From contig JAZQAF010000016.1 of assembly GCA_045545015.1 (NCBI GenBank), forward strand, positions 6,303 through 70,302: DNA of 64,000 nucleotides. Reading direction: 5' to 3'. The notes under the pieces are model-generated. The model saw only the letters and a list, made by a program, of their open reading frames with translations, had not been told where the DNA came from and ran no database searches. Positions 10,284-19,629 of the stretch are shown here, one piece after another. Source of the stretch: Ruminococcus sp. (GTDB lineage: Bacteria > Bacillota > Clostridia > Oscillospirales > Acutalibacteraceae). The position numbers were made by a program, and so were the translations under genes. Each line of letters opens with the position of its first letter. Positions within the stretch are counted from its first letter, which is position 1.

Positions 10284-12110
10284 TTATTCAACGGTTACTG
10301 ATTTTGCAAGGTTTCTGGGTTTATCTACATCGTTACCTCTGAGTACGGCTGTGTAGTAAGCCAGCAGCTGAAGAGGTACTGCAGCCAGCATGGGCATAAG
10401 AAGCTCCTCTGTGCGGGGTACTCTGATGATATAGTCTGCTACATCTGAGCCTACCTCTGCCTTTTCATCACAGACAAGAACTACCATAGCACCTCTTGCC
10501 TTGACTTCCTTGATATTACTTACAGTCTTATCGTAGAGAGTGTTCTGTGTTGCCACAGCTATAACGGGCATTCCCTCTGTGATAAGGGAAATTGTACCGT
10601 GCTTAAGCTCACCTGCGGCATAAGCCTCAGAGTGTATGTAGGAAATCTCCTTGAGCTTGAGGGAACCCTCCATGGAAAGCGCATAGTCAAGACCTCTTCC
10701 GATGTAGAGGAGGCTGTCTGAGGAGATAAGCTTTTCAGCAATATCGCGGCAAAGATCGTTGGTCTCATCAATGGTTTCATCAATAAGCTGAGGTGTGCCG
10801 AGAAGAGCATCTGTAAGTCTGCAGCACTCGCCGTCGGTGATAAAGCCCTTTGCAAAGGAAAGCTCAAAAGCGAGCAGATACATAACTGCGATCTGCACCA
10901 TATAAGCCTTTGTGGAAGCAACGGCGATCTCGGGGCCTGCGTGAGTATATATAAGCATATCTGCCTCACGAGCAATGGAGGAACCCTTGGCATTTACAAC
11001 AGCGAGGGTCTTTGCGCCCATGCTCTTTGCAAGTCTCATTGCAGCAAGAGAGTCTGCTGTTTCACCTGACTGGGAAATGATAATTACAAGGTCACCCTTA
11101 TGGATAAGAGGCTCACGATAACGGAACTCGGAAGCTATATCCACGATTACTGGAACCTTCGCAAGCTTCTCGATAACATATTTTCCTACCATACCTGCGT
11201 GCATTGCGGTACCGCAGGCTACTATGTATATCTGCTTGATATCCTTGAGAGCATCTACTGTGATGGAGCATTCCTCAAGATTGGGCATACCGCCTGTAAC
11301 TCTGGGAGTTACTGTGGTCTTTACCGCTGTGGGCTGTTCGTGTATCTCCTTGAGCATATAGTGGTCATAGCCCTGCTTTTCAGCAGCATCCATACTCCAG
11401 TCTGCTACCTTGAGCTCCTTTTCAATGGAAGCACCGTCAAGGTCACAGAAGGATACGCCCTCCTCTGTGAGATGTGCGATCTCATCGTGCTCGAGGAGAT
11501 AGTACTGCTTTGTATATTTGATAATTGCGGGAACATCGGATGCAATGAAGCTTTCGCCCTCTGCAACACCTACGATAAGAGGACTTTCTCTTCTTACAGC
11601 ATAGATCTCGCCTACTCTGTCAGCAAAGAGAATGCCCAGAGCAAAGGAGCCTTCCACCTGAGAAAGGGTTGCCTTGATAGCCTTTACGGGGTCGCCCTCG
11701 TAGTTGAAGTCAAGAAGCTGAGCCACTACCTCTGTATCTGTATCGGACACAAAAACTCTGCCCTTGGATTGAAGGAATTCCTTAAGCTCCTTGTAATTTT
11801 CGATGATACCGTTATGAACAAGTGTTACCTTGTCTCCGCCTCTGTGGGGATGGGAGTTGATCTCAGAAGGTACGCCATGGGTAGCCCAACGGGTATGGCC
11901 TACACCGGTATTTCCCCTAGGAGTTCCCTCATACGCCATCTTCTGCTCAAGGTCATCAAGTCTTCCCTGAGCTTTCTTTATATTGATCCTGCCATCCTCG
12001 AAAACCGCAATACCTGCTGAATCATATCCACGGTACTCGAGCTTTCTCAGGGCATCAACAAGAACTTCACTGCAATCTTTTGTGCCAACATAGCCTACTA
12101 TTCCACACAT
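10284..12110 (-). CDS. glmS: Glutamine--fructose-6-phosphate transaminase
   Basis: MCGIVG, GHTRWATHG, SQSGETAD, DKPRNLAKSVTVE. Confidence 0.98.
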   Translation of the reverse strand: MCGIVGYVGTKDCSEVLVDALRKLEYRGYDSAGIAVFEDGRINIKKAQGRLDDLEQKMAYEGTPRGNTGVGHTRWATHGVPSEINSHPHRGGDKVTLVHNGIIENYKELKEFLQSKGRVFVSDTDTEVVAQLLDFNYEGDPVKAIKATLSQVEGSFALGILFADRVGEIYAVRRESPLIVGVAEGESFIASDVPAIIKYTKQYYLLEHDEIAHLTEEGVSFCDLDGASIEKELKVADWSMDAAEKQGYDHYMLKEIHEQPTAVKTTVTPRVTGGMPNLEECSITVDALKDIKQIYIVACGTAMHAGMVGKYVIEKLAKVPVIVDIASEFRYREPLIHKGDLVIIISQSGETADSLAAMRLAKSMGAKTLAVVNAKGSSIAREADMLIYTHAGPEIAVASTKAYMVQIAVMYLLAFELSFAKGFITDGECCRLTDALLGTPQLIDETIDETNDLCRDIAEKLISSDSLLYIGRGLDYALSMEGSLKLKEISYIHSEAYAAGELKHGTISLITEGMPVIAVATQNTLYDKTVSNIKEVKARGAMVVLVCDEKAEVGSDVADYIIRVPRTEELLMPMLAAVPLQLLAYYTAVLRGNDVDKPRNLAKSVTVE

Positions 12111-12153
12111 ATAAATACTCCTTTGTGTATGTAGTTTATTAAGTCTGAAACTG

Positions 12154-14055
12154 TTATTTCTTGTGTTTAAAGGTGGGAACGATAGTGCTGAGCATATTTA
12201 CAGTGTTTTCGCTGTCGTTAGCCTCGGCATATTCCCTGAGCTTTTCAAGTTTACTCAGAAGATCATCCTCGTCAATGGATATCTGATTACCAATGAAAAT
12301 CTTTTTGTTGTCTGTGGATTTAAGTCCCTCTTCATTCATTAGAAGCTCCTCAAAAAGCTTCTCTCCGGGTCTCAGTCCCGTAAACTTGATCTCAACATCC
12401 TTATAAGGCACCTTTCCGTACATACGGATGAGGTTCTCTGCCAAAGTTGTGATCTTTACGGGATCGCCCATATCAAGAACAAAAATCTCTCCGCCCTGAG
12501 CCATTGCTCCTGCCTGAAGCACCAAGGACACCGCCTCGGGAATGGTCATAAAGTAACGGATTATATCAGGATGTGTAACTGTGACGGGCTTTCCGCTTTC
12601 TATCTGTCTGCGGAAAAGGGGAATAACCGAACCATTGGAGCCGAGTACATTGCCGAATCTTGTGGTTACAAACTCGGTCTTTGTGCTGTGTTGGGACTTG
12701 TACTGAACTATCATTTCACAGCACCGCTTTGTAGCACCCATAACGTTGGTGGGATTAACCGCCTTGTCGGTGGAAATCATTATGAATTTCTCAACTCCGT
12801 GCTTTTCTGCCAGTGTTGCTACATTATATGTGCCGAAAATGTTATTCTTTACTGCTTCCTCGGGAGAGGTTTCCATAAGGGGAACATGCTTGTGAGCTGC
12901 AGCATGGAACACCACCTGAGGCTTATATTTTTCAAATATCTGCTCCATCTTCTGGAAGTCTCTGACAGAGGCTATAAGCGTTACCACATTGAGGTCATCC
13001 TCATGCTCCAAAAGAAGCTCCTGCTGTATATCGTATGCGTTGTTTTCGTAAATATCAAGAATGATGATCTGACGGGGTGAGTAGTTTGAGATCTGACGTA
13101 CCAGCTCGCTTCCGATGGAGCCGCCTCCGCCTGTTACCATAACTACCTTATCTTTGATAAAGTCTGCAACAACTTCTCTGTCAAAGGTAATGGGGTCTCT
13201 GCCGAGAAGATCCTCGATGCAGATATCCTTGACCTGACTCAGAAGCTGAGGTGAGGAATTGTCATCAAAAAGAATCTGACTGAGGTAAGGAAGCATTTTT
13301 ATTTTACACTGGGTCTGTGAACAGAGTGCCAGAATACGCTTTCTTTCATCCTCGGTGCAGGAGGGAATGGCAAAGACGATCATTGAAATATTGAGCTTCT
13401 TGCACATATTGGGAATATCCTCTGTAGTACCCAGCACGGGAACACCCATGATCTTCTGGTTGTACTTGCTTCTGTCATCATCCACAAGCACTACGGGAAG
13501 AATATTCCTCGAGGGGTTCTCGGGGTCCCTCTTGGCGTTCTCTATGTCAGTAAGAATCAGGTGTGCGGCTCTGCCTGCACCCACTATAAGAGTGCGCTGA
13601 TAATTCTCAGCCCTGCCTGCTTCAGTAAGCCTTGTAAAAATGATTTTTCCTGAAAACCTCATAAGAACCGTACCCAAGGCACTCATTACAAAATGAGATA
13701 TAAAGAACACATAGGGTGTGCCGTAATCAAAAACACCGAAAAAGATGAAGAATGCAAGGGAAATAGTAATACCTATAGCCATTCCTATAACACAAAGCAG
13801 ATACTCAAATTTCGAGATCAGTCGCCACAAAAATGAATATGCGCCTGCCACATAGAGCGTGAAGAAGCAGAACAATACTTCCACAGCAAGCACCAGGGTC
13901 AGGGTTGACCAAGGAACAGTAAAGCTGTTTTCTATGGCAGCTCCTCTTACGATATCAACCCACATGAGAATGAGGTTTATAAGAAGGCCCGATAATGCTA
14001 CCACAACTGCGTCGCCCAGCATTATCATACTTCGTTTTACATTAAATCTTTTCAT
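12154..14055 (-). CDS. Membrane-anchored UDP-GlcNAc 4,6-dehydratase (PglF/CapD family)
   Basis: Four N-terminal TM helices, TGGGGSIGSEL, HAAAHKHVP, ISTDKAVNPTNVMGATKR, RFGNVLGS, GLRPGEKL. Confidence 0.93.
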   Translation of the reverse strand: MKRFNVKRSMIMLGDAVVVALSGLLINLILMWVDIVRGAAIENSFTVPWSTLTLVLAVEVLFCFFTLYVAGAYSFLWRLISKFEYLLCVIGMAIGITISLAFFIFFGVFDYGTPYVFFISHFVMSALGTVLMRFSGKIIFTRLTEAGRAENYQRTLIVGAGRAAHLILTDIENAKRDPENPSRNILPVVLVDDDRSKYNQKIMGVPVLGTTEDIPNMCKKLNISMIVFAIPSCTEDERKRILALCSQTQCKIKMLPYLSQILFDDNSSPQLLSQVKDICIEDLLGRDPITFDREVVADFIKDKVVMVTGGGGSIGSELVRQISNYSPRQIIILDIYENNAYDIQQELLLEHEDDLNVVTLIASVRDFQKMEQIFEKYKPQVVFHAAAHKHVPLMETSPEEAVKNNIFGTYNVATLAEKHGVEKFIMISTDKAVNPTNVMGATKRCCEMIVQYKSQHSTKTEFVTTRFGNVLGSNGSVIPLFRRQIESGKPVTVTHPDIIRYFMTIPEAVSLVLQAGAMAQGGEIFVLDMGDPVKITTLAENLIRMYGKVPYKDVEIKFTGLRPGEKLFEELLMNEEGLKSTDNKKIFIGNQISIDEDDLLSKLEKLREYAEANDSENTVNMLSTIVPTFKHKK

Positions 14056-14133
14056 AAAAGCACCGATCTTTTCAGACTTATTTCTTCTTTAAATTAGAGT
14101 AAAGTGTATAAATATCCATACTAATTCATTGAA

Positions 14134-14162
14134 ATTATAATACATAAATACCTACAAGTCAA
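14134..14162 (-). promoter_or_regulatory. SigA-type promoter for the dehydratase (and probably glmS)
   Basis: TTGACT-17-TATAAT on the minus strand. Confidence 0.75.
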
Positions 14163-14273
14163 TATTTTATATTGTCTTTGACAATTTTTTACAACAAAGC
14201 TTTTTCTGAAAAAATAACTAAAAAATCGACGTAATTTTTTACACATATCACCTCTATATTATTATATGTATAG

Positions 14274-14315
14274 TTGATTTTTTTCTCTTTTGTGATATAA
14301 TTAGTCTGTTATAAT
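14274..14315 (+). promoter_or_regulatory. Tandem SigA-type extended -10 promoters of the plus-strand glycan operon
   Basis: TTGATT-16-TATAAT (14296-14301, preceded by TGA) and a second TGT-TATAAT (14310-14315). Confidence 0.6.
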
Positions 14316-14386
14316 GTGTAAAAATCGGGGTTTATGCCTTTTTCTCCATAATAGCACCATAAATCGACTTTCGGGGGAAGATTTCG

Positions 14387-15022
14387 ATGTATAAGATTTT
14401 CAAGAGAACAGCTGATGTCATCATATCATTTTTAGCACTACTGATACTCTCACCCATATTCCTGCTCACCGCCATTGCGGTAAAGCTTGAATCCAAGGGT
14501 CCCATTATCTTTAAGCAGCAGAGGCTGGGAAAGGGCGGAAAGGTATTCAACATCTACAAATTCCGCAGTATGTGCCAGAATGCGGAGCATACCGGCTCGG
14601 GTGTTTACTCAGGAAAGGGAGACGCGAGAGTTACAAAGGTAGGCAGAATTATCCGTGCTACCAGCATAGATGAGCTTCCCCAGCTCATAAATATTCTCAA
14701 AGGAGATATGAGCCTTATAGGTCCCCGTCCCCCACTTACATATCACCCCTGGGAGCTTAAGGACTACAGTGAAGAACAGCTTCATATGTTTGATGTACGC
14801 CCCGGTGTCACAGGCTGGGCACAGGTAAACGGCAGAAAAGAAGTTGAGTGGAATAAACGCATCGAGCTTAACTGTTGGTACACAAGAAACATTTCCTTCC
14901 TGTTGGACACAAAGATATTCTTTATGACCATCTTCAAGGTATTTACCAACGCAGATAACGAAAACACCACCGAAACAGCAAGATCGGCACAGAAGGCAAA
15001 AGCCGAAGCTATGGTGGAATGA
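14387..15022 (+). CDS. Small monotopic phosphoglycosyl transferase (PglC/Bac_transf family), initiating enzyme
   Basis: KRTAD, YKFRSM, SIDELPQLINILKGDMSLIGPRP, RPGVTGWAQVNGR. Confidence 0.93.
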   Translation: MYKIFKRTADVIISFLALLILSPIFLLTAIAVKLESKGPIIFKQQRLGKGGKVFNIYKFRSMCQNAEHTGSGVYSGKGDARVTKVGRIIRATSIDELPQLINILKGDMSLIGPRPPLTYHPWELKDYSEEQLHMFDVRPGVTGWAQVNGRKEVEWNKRIELNCWYTRNISFLLDTKIFFMTIFKVFTNADNENTTETARSAQKAKAEAMVE

Positions 15023-15063
15023 TAATCACATAAAAGGACACACAAAGAAAAGGAGGTATTCAA

Positions 15064-15984
15064 ATGAAACTGTTACTCACAGGAGCTTTCAGCTATACAG
15101 ACGAACAGCTCTCTATCCTTAAAAACAGCGGATTTGAAATTACCTTCGTTCAGGATGAATGCACAGAGCTTTCCATAGATGTCAGTGAGTTTGACGCTGT
15201 GGTCTGCAATAACCTCTTCAAATACAATGATCCTGAAAAATTCTCTTCTCTCAAGGCAGTGCAGCTTACAAGTGCAGGCTTTGACAGGGTTCCCGTGGGA
15301 TATTTTGCCTCACACTCCATTTCCCTCTTTAACGCAAAAGGCGTTTACAGCGTACCTATGGCAGAGTGGGTCATTCTCAAGGTTCTTGAAATATACAAAA
15401 ATTCAGCGGAATTTTACAAACAGCAGAAAAAGAAAATATGGGAAAAGCACCGTGACCTTCAGGAAATCAACGGAAAGACAGTTCTTATTGCAGGCGTTGG
15501 CAGCGTAGGCTGCGAATGTGCCAAAAGATTTCAGGCCTTCGGTGCAAAGGTTCTGGGAGCAGACCTCTTTGACAGCAAATCTCCTTATGTTAATGAATTT
15601 ATCCATATCGACAATATCAAGGATGCTCTCAGACGTGCGGATATCACCGTTCTGACCCTGCCCCTCAATAAAAGCACAGAGAATCTTTTCTCTGAAAATC
15701 TCCTGAGTATTATGAAGGATGACAGCATCCTCATCAATGTATCCCGTGGCGGAATTATCAACGAAGAGGACCTCATCACTCAGATGAAGAACGGTAAATT
15801 CTCGGGTGTTGCCCTTGATGTTTTTGAGGAGGAACCTCTCTCTGCAGAGTCTCCCTTATGGACTCTCCCCAGGCTTCTGATAACACCTCACAACAGCTTT
15901 GTCTCTGACGGCACCGCAGAGAGAATGTTTAACCTCATTTACAAAAATCTCACAGAATTTGATTTTGGAAAGAAGATTTCCTGA
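15064..15984 (+). CDS. D-isomer-specific 2-hydroxyacid dehydrogenase family protein
   Basis: SAGFD, GVGSVG, INVSRG, ALDVFEEEPL, ITPHNS. Confidence 0.9.
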   Translation: MKLLLTGAFSYTDEQLSILKNSGFEITFVQDECTELSIDVSEFDAVVCNNLFKYNDPEKFSSLKAVQLTSAGFDRVPVGYFASHSISLFNAKGVYSVPMAEWVILKVLEIYKNSAEFYKQQKKKIWEKHRDLQEINGKTVLIAGVGSVGCECAKRFQAFGAKVLGADLFDSKSPYVNEFIHIDNIKDALRRADITVLTLPLNKSTENLFSENLLSIMKDDSILINVSRGGIINEEDLITQMKNGKFSGVALDVFEEEPLSAESPLWTLPRLLITPHNSFVSDGTAERMFNLIYKNLTEFDFGKKIS

Positions 15985-16036
15985 TTATTAAATACCTTTA
16001 TCTTAAACTAACTCCCATCACGAAAGGCATCTCTCT

Positions 16037-17095
16037 ATGAATAAAAAGAGTATTCTTATAATTTTCGGCGGAAACTCCACGGAACATGAGATTTCCTGCA
16101 AATCCGTAATGAGCTTTGTAAACAATGTTTCACCCGAAAAATACGAAAAGCACTATGTGGGTATAAAGAAAAACGGCGACTGGGTTTATTACACCTCAGA
16201 TACCGCCCTTATTCCCTCAGGCAAGTGGGCAGAGGAAGAGTCAAATATTCCCTGCGTGCTTTCCCCAAACACATCAAAAAAGGGACTTATCCTCCTTGAC
16301 GGAAAAGACACCCTCATAAACATAGATGTCATCATCCCTGTTCTTCACGGAAAGAATGGAGAAGACGGCACCATTCAGGGTCTCTTTGAGCTCTGCGGTA
16401 TTCCCTATGTGGGCTGTGGTGTTGTGGCGTCAGGCATTTCAATGGATAAGGCTTACACCAAAATTGCAGTTGACAGTCTCGGGGACATTCCTCAGGCTGA
16501 CTATGTCCTTGTAAAGAGAAATGAAGAGGACACATACATTGAAGACACAGAAAAGAAATTCTCCTATCCTGTATTTGTAAAGCCCTGCAAGTCAGGCTCA
16601 TCCCAGGGAGTTTCCAAGGCAGAGGACAGAGAGGGACTTATTAAAGCAGTAGAGCTTGCACTCTGTCACGACTCAAAGGTTCTTATAGAGGAAGCAATTA
16701 ACGGCAGAGAGCTTGAGTGTGCCGTGCTTGAAAACAAAGGCATCATCACCTGCTCCAACGCAGGTGAGGCTGTAGCGGGCGATGTTTTCTACAGCTTCGA
16801 GGCAAAGTATAACAATGCTGACTCAAAGACAGTTCTCTCCCCTGAGCTTCCGGAAGGGGTGAATGAGAAAGTCCGTGACTATGCAGAGAGGATCTTCAAG
16901 GTCCTGGGCTGCAACGGGCTCTCAAGAGTTGACTTTTTCCTCGAGAATGAAACAGACAGGGTTGTTTTCAATGAGATAAACACTCTGCCCGGGTTTACTG
17001 AGATAAGTATGTATCCTATGATGATGGGTGCTGTAGGCTATCCTATAGAAAAGCTTATGGACGAACTCATCGATTCAGCAGATATCAATAAATAA
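16037..17095 (+). CDS. ddl: D-alanine--D-alanine ligase
   Basis: GGNSTEHEIS, PVLHGKNGEDG, GSSQG, FYSFEAKY, NEINTLPGFT. Confidence 0.9.
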   Translation: MNKKSILIIFGGNSTEHEISCKSVMSFVNNVSPEKYEKHYVGIKKNGDWVYYTSDTALIPSGKWAEEESNIPCVLSPNTSKKGLILLDGKDTLINIDVIIPVLHGKNGEDGTIQGLFELCGIPYVGCGVVASGISMDKAYTKIAVDSLGDIPQADYVLVKRNEEDTYIEDTEKKFSYPVFVKPCKSGSSQGVSKAEDREGLIKAVELALCHDSKVLIEEAINGRELECAVLENKGIITCSNAGEAVAGDVFYSFEAKYNNADSKTVLSPELPEGVNEKVRDYAERIFKVLGCNGLSRVDFFLENETDRVVFNEINTLPGFTEISMYPMMMGAVGYPIEKLMDELIDSADINK

Positions 17096-17113
17096 CATGG
17101 AAGCAGGAACTCT

Positions 17114-18220
17114 ATGAAGTTTGTACTGATTTCGCCAAAAAACAGAACAGCGTGGAACTTCCGTGGTGACCTTATCAAGGATATCGTTTCAAAGGGGCAT
17201 GAGGTTATTGTCACAGGCCCCAATGATATTGACATTGATAAGATCGAGGCTCTCGGCGCCAGATTTGTAAAGATTCCCATGAACAAAACCGGCGTCAACG
17301 TAAAAGAGGATCTGGGGTATATCTTTGCCCTTAAAAAGCTCTTTAAAAAAGAAAGGCCCGACATCACCTTCGGATACACCATAAAGCCCGTTATCTACGG
17401 CGCCATAGCAGCAAAGCTTGCTAAGGTACCTCACAGATACTCGATGATAGCAGGGGCAGGCTATGTTTTCGCCGCAAAGACAACCAAAGCCAAAATAATC
17501 AGAATGATAGTAAAGATGCTGTACCGAATAGGCTTCAGCTGTGCACAGAAGGTAATCTTTATGAACGAGGATGACAGGAACGACTTTGTCTTTATGCATC
17601 TGCTCAAGGAGAAAAAGTGCTTCATGGTCAACGGCTCCGGTGTCAATATGGAGCGGTTTGAAAAGGCACCGTTACCTGAAAAACCCGTATTCTTCATGCT
17701 CTCGAGAGCTCTTCGCTGCAAGGGCACTGCAGAATACCTTGAGGCGGCTCAGATAGTCCACGATAAATATCCCGATGTGAGGATCATGTATCTTGGCGAG
17801 ATAGACGAAAGCATGCAGGACTCCCTCAGAAAAGAAGAGGTTATGAAATATGTGGAGAGCGGTGCTGTGGAATATTTTCCAGAGCATCCCGATGTAAGGA
17901 TCTACTACAGACAGTGTTCTGTCTTTGTTCTACCCTCTTACAGAGAAGGTATTCCGAGAACCGTTCAGGAAGCGATGTCTATGGGCAGAGCTGTTATCGT
18001 TACAGATGCTCCGGGCTGCAGAGAAACAGTCAAGGATAAAAAGACAGGCTTCCTTGTTCCTGTAGGAGACAGCAAAGCTCTTGCGGATACTATGTGCAGA
18101 TTCATTGAAAATCCCGAACTCATTAAGGAAATGGGAGAAAATAGCTATGAATACTGCAAAGAGAAGTTTGATGTCAACAAAGTAAACCGCATCTTACTTT
18201 CACATCTCAATATAGAATGA
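17114..18220 (+). CDS. GT4 glycosyltransferase, CapM/PglA-like
   Basis: WNFRGDLI, TIKPVIYG, NGSGVN, PSYREGIPRTVQEAMS. Confidence 0.9.
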   Translation: MKFVLISPKNRTAWNFRGDLIKDIVSKGHEVIVTGPNDIDIDKIEALGARFVKIPMNKTGVNVKEDLGYIFALKKLFKKERPDITFGYTIKPVIYGAIAAKLAKVPHRYSMIAGAGYVFAAKTTKAKIIRMIVKMLYRIGFSCAQKVIFMNEDDRNDFVFMHLLKEKKCFMVNGSGVNMERFEKAPLPEKPVFFMLSRALRCKGTAEYLEAAQIVHDKYPDVRIMYLGEIDESMQDSLRKEEVMKYVESGAVEYFPEHPDVRIYYRQCSVFVLPSYREGIPRTVQEAMSMGRAVIVTDAPGCRETVKDKKTGFLVPVGDSKALADTMCRFIENPELIKEMGENSYEYCKEKFDVNKVNRILLSHLNIE

Positions 18221-18268
18221 AATAATCTTAATCATAAATAACAATACTCATTAACGGAGGAATGTAAA

Positions 18269-19582
18269 ATGTCACTTTATCAGAAAATCGTAAACAGAGA
18301 AGAAAAAATCTCCCTTGTAGGTCTTGGCTACGTTGGTATGCCTATTGCTGTATCCTTCTCAAAGAAGGTTGATGTTATCGGCTTTGATGTAAACAAAGCA
18401 AAGATCGACCTTTACAAGAACGGCATCGACCCCACCAAGGAAGTGGGCGACGAGGCAATCAAGGCTTGTTCCGTTGACTTTACCTCAGACCCTGAGAGAC
18501 TCAGAGAGGCAAAGTTCCACATCGTTGCAGTTCCCACACCCGTAAACTCTGACCACACTCCCGACCTCACCCCTGTTGAGGGTGCTTCCAGAATCCTGGG
18601 TAAATACCTCACAAAGGGCTCTATTGTTGTTTATGAATCCACCGTTTACCCCGGTGTTACAGAGGACATCTGCATTCCCATCCTTGAGAAGGAGTCAGGA
18701 CTTAAGTGCGGTGTTGATTTCAAGATCGGCTACAGCCCCGAGCGAATCAACCCCGGCGACAAGGTTCACAGACTTGAGACTATCGTTAAGATCGTTTCCG
18801 GTATGGACGAGGAAACTCTCGAGGAAGTTGCAAATGTTTATGAGCTTGTTGTTGAGGCAGGCGTTCACAGAGCTGAGAGCATCAAGGTTGCTGAGGCAGC
18901 AAAGGTTATTGAGAACTCCCAGCGTGACATCAACATTGCATTTATGAACGAGCTTTCCATCATCTTCAACAAGATGAACATTGATACAAAGGCAGTACTC
19001 GAAGCAGCAGGTACCAAATGGAACTTCCTGAAGTTCTTCCCCGGTCTTGTTGGCGGTCACTGCATCGGCGTTGACCCCTACTACCTTACATACAAGGCAG
19101 AGCAGATGGGCTATCACTCACAGATCATCCTCTCCGGCAGAAGAATCAACGACGATATGGGCAAGTATGTAGTTGAGTCCCTGGTTAAGAAGCTTATTCA
19201 GGCTGACATCAACGTAAAGGCTGCAAAAGTTGCAATTCTCGGCTTTACCTTCAAGGAAAACTGCCCCGACACAAGAAACACAAGAATTATTGATATTGTT
19301 AATGAACTCAAGGAATATTCCATCACTCCCGTAATCGCTGACCCCGTTGCAGACAAGGATGAAGCAAAGCATGAGTACGGCATGGAGTTCGTAGATATGA
19401 GCACCATCAAGGATATGGACGCAGTTATCCTTGCAGTTGCCCATGAGGAATTCTCCTCTCTCACCATTGAGGATATGGACAAGTTCTATCCCGCAGGTGC
19501 AAATAAGGTTCTCCTTGACATCAAGGGCCTTTTAAACAGAAAAGAATTCGAAACAGCAGGCTACATTTACTGGAGACTGTAA
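18269..19582 (+). CDS. UDP-HexNAc 6-dehydrogenase (TviB/WbpO-like)
   Basis: GLGYVG, YSPERINPGD, AEAAKVIENSQRDINIA, GLVGGHCIGVDPYYL, FKENCPDTRN. Confidence 0.92.
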   Translation: MSLYQKIVNREEKISLVGLGYVGMPIAVSFSKKVDVIGFDVNKAKIDLYKNGIDPTKEVGDEAIKACSVDFTSDPERLREAKFHIVAVPTPVNSDHTPDLTPVEGASRILGKYLTKGSIVVYESTVYPGVTEDICIPILEKESGLKCGVDFKIGYSPERINPGDKVHRLETIVKIVSGMDEETLEEVANVYELVVEAGVHRAESIKVAEAAKVIENSQRDINIAFMNELSIIFNKMNIDTKAVLEAAGTKWNFLKFFPGLVGGHCIGVDPYYLTYKAEQMGYHSQIILSGRRINDDMGKYVVESLVKKLIQADINVKAAKVAILGFTFKENCPDTRNTRIIDIVNELKEYSITPVIADPVADKDEAKHEYGMEFVDMSTIKDMDAVILAVAHEEFSSLTIEDMDKFYPAGANKVLLDIKGLLNRKEFETAGYIYWRL

Positions 19583-19629
19583 TAAACCGCTGACTGCTTC
19601 TCTATTCTTACAGAAATTCGGTGTTTATA

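Noticed and set aside
15064-17095. vanHAX glycopeptide-resistance cluster
   Set aside because: No vanX, vanY, vanW or adjacent vanRS; the ligase keeps the Tyr-type loop and lacks the VanA-type His loop.
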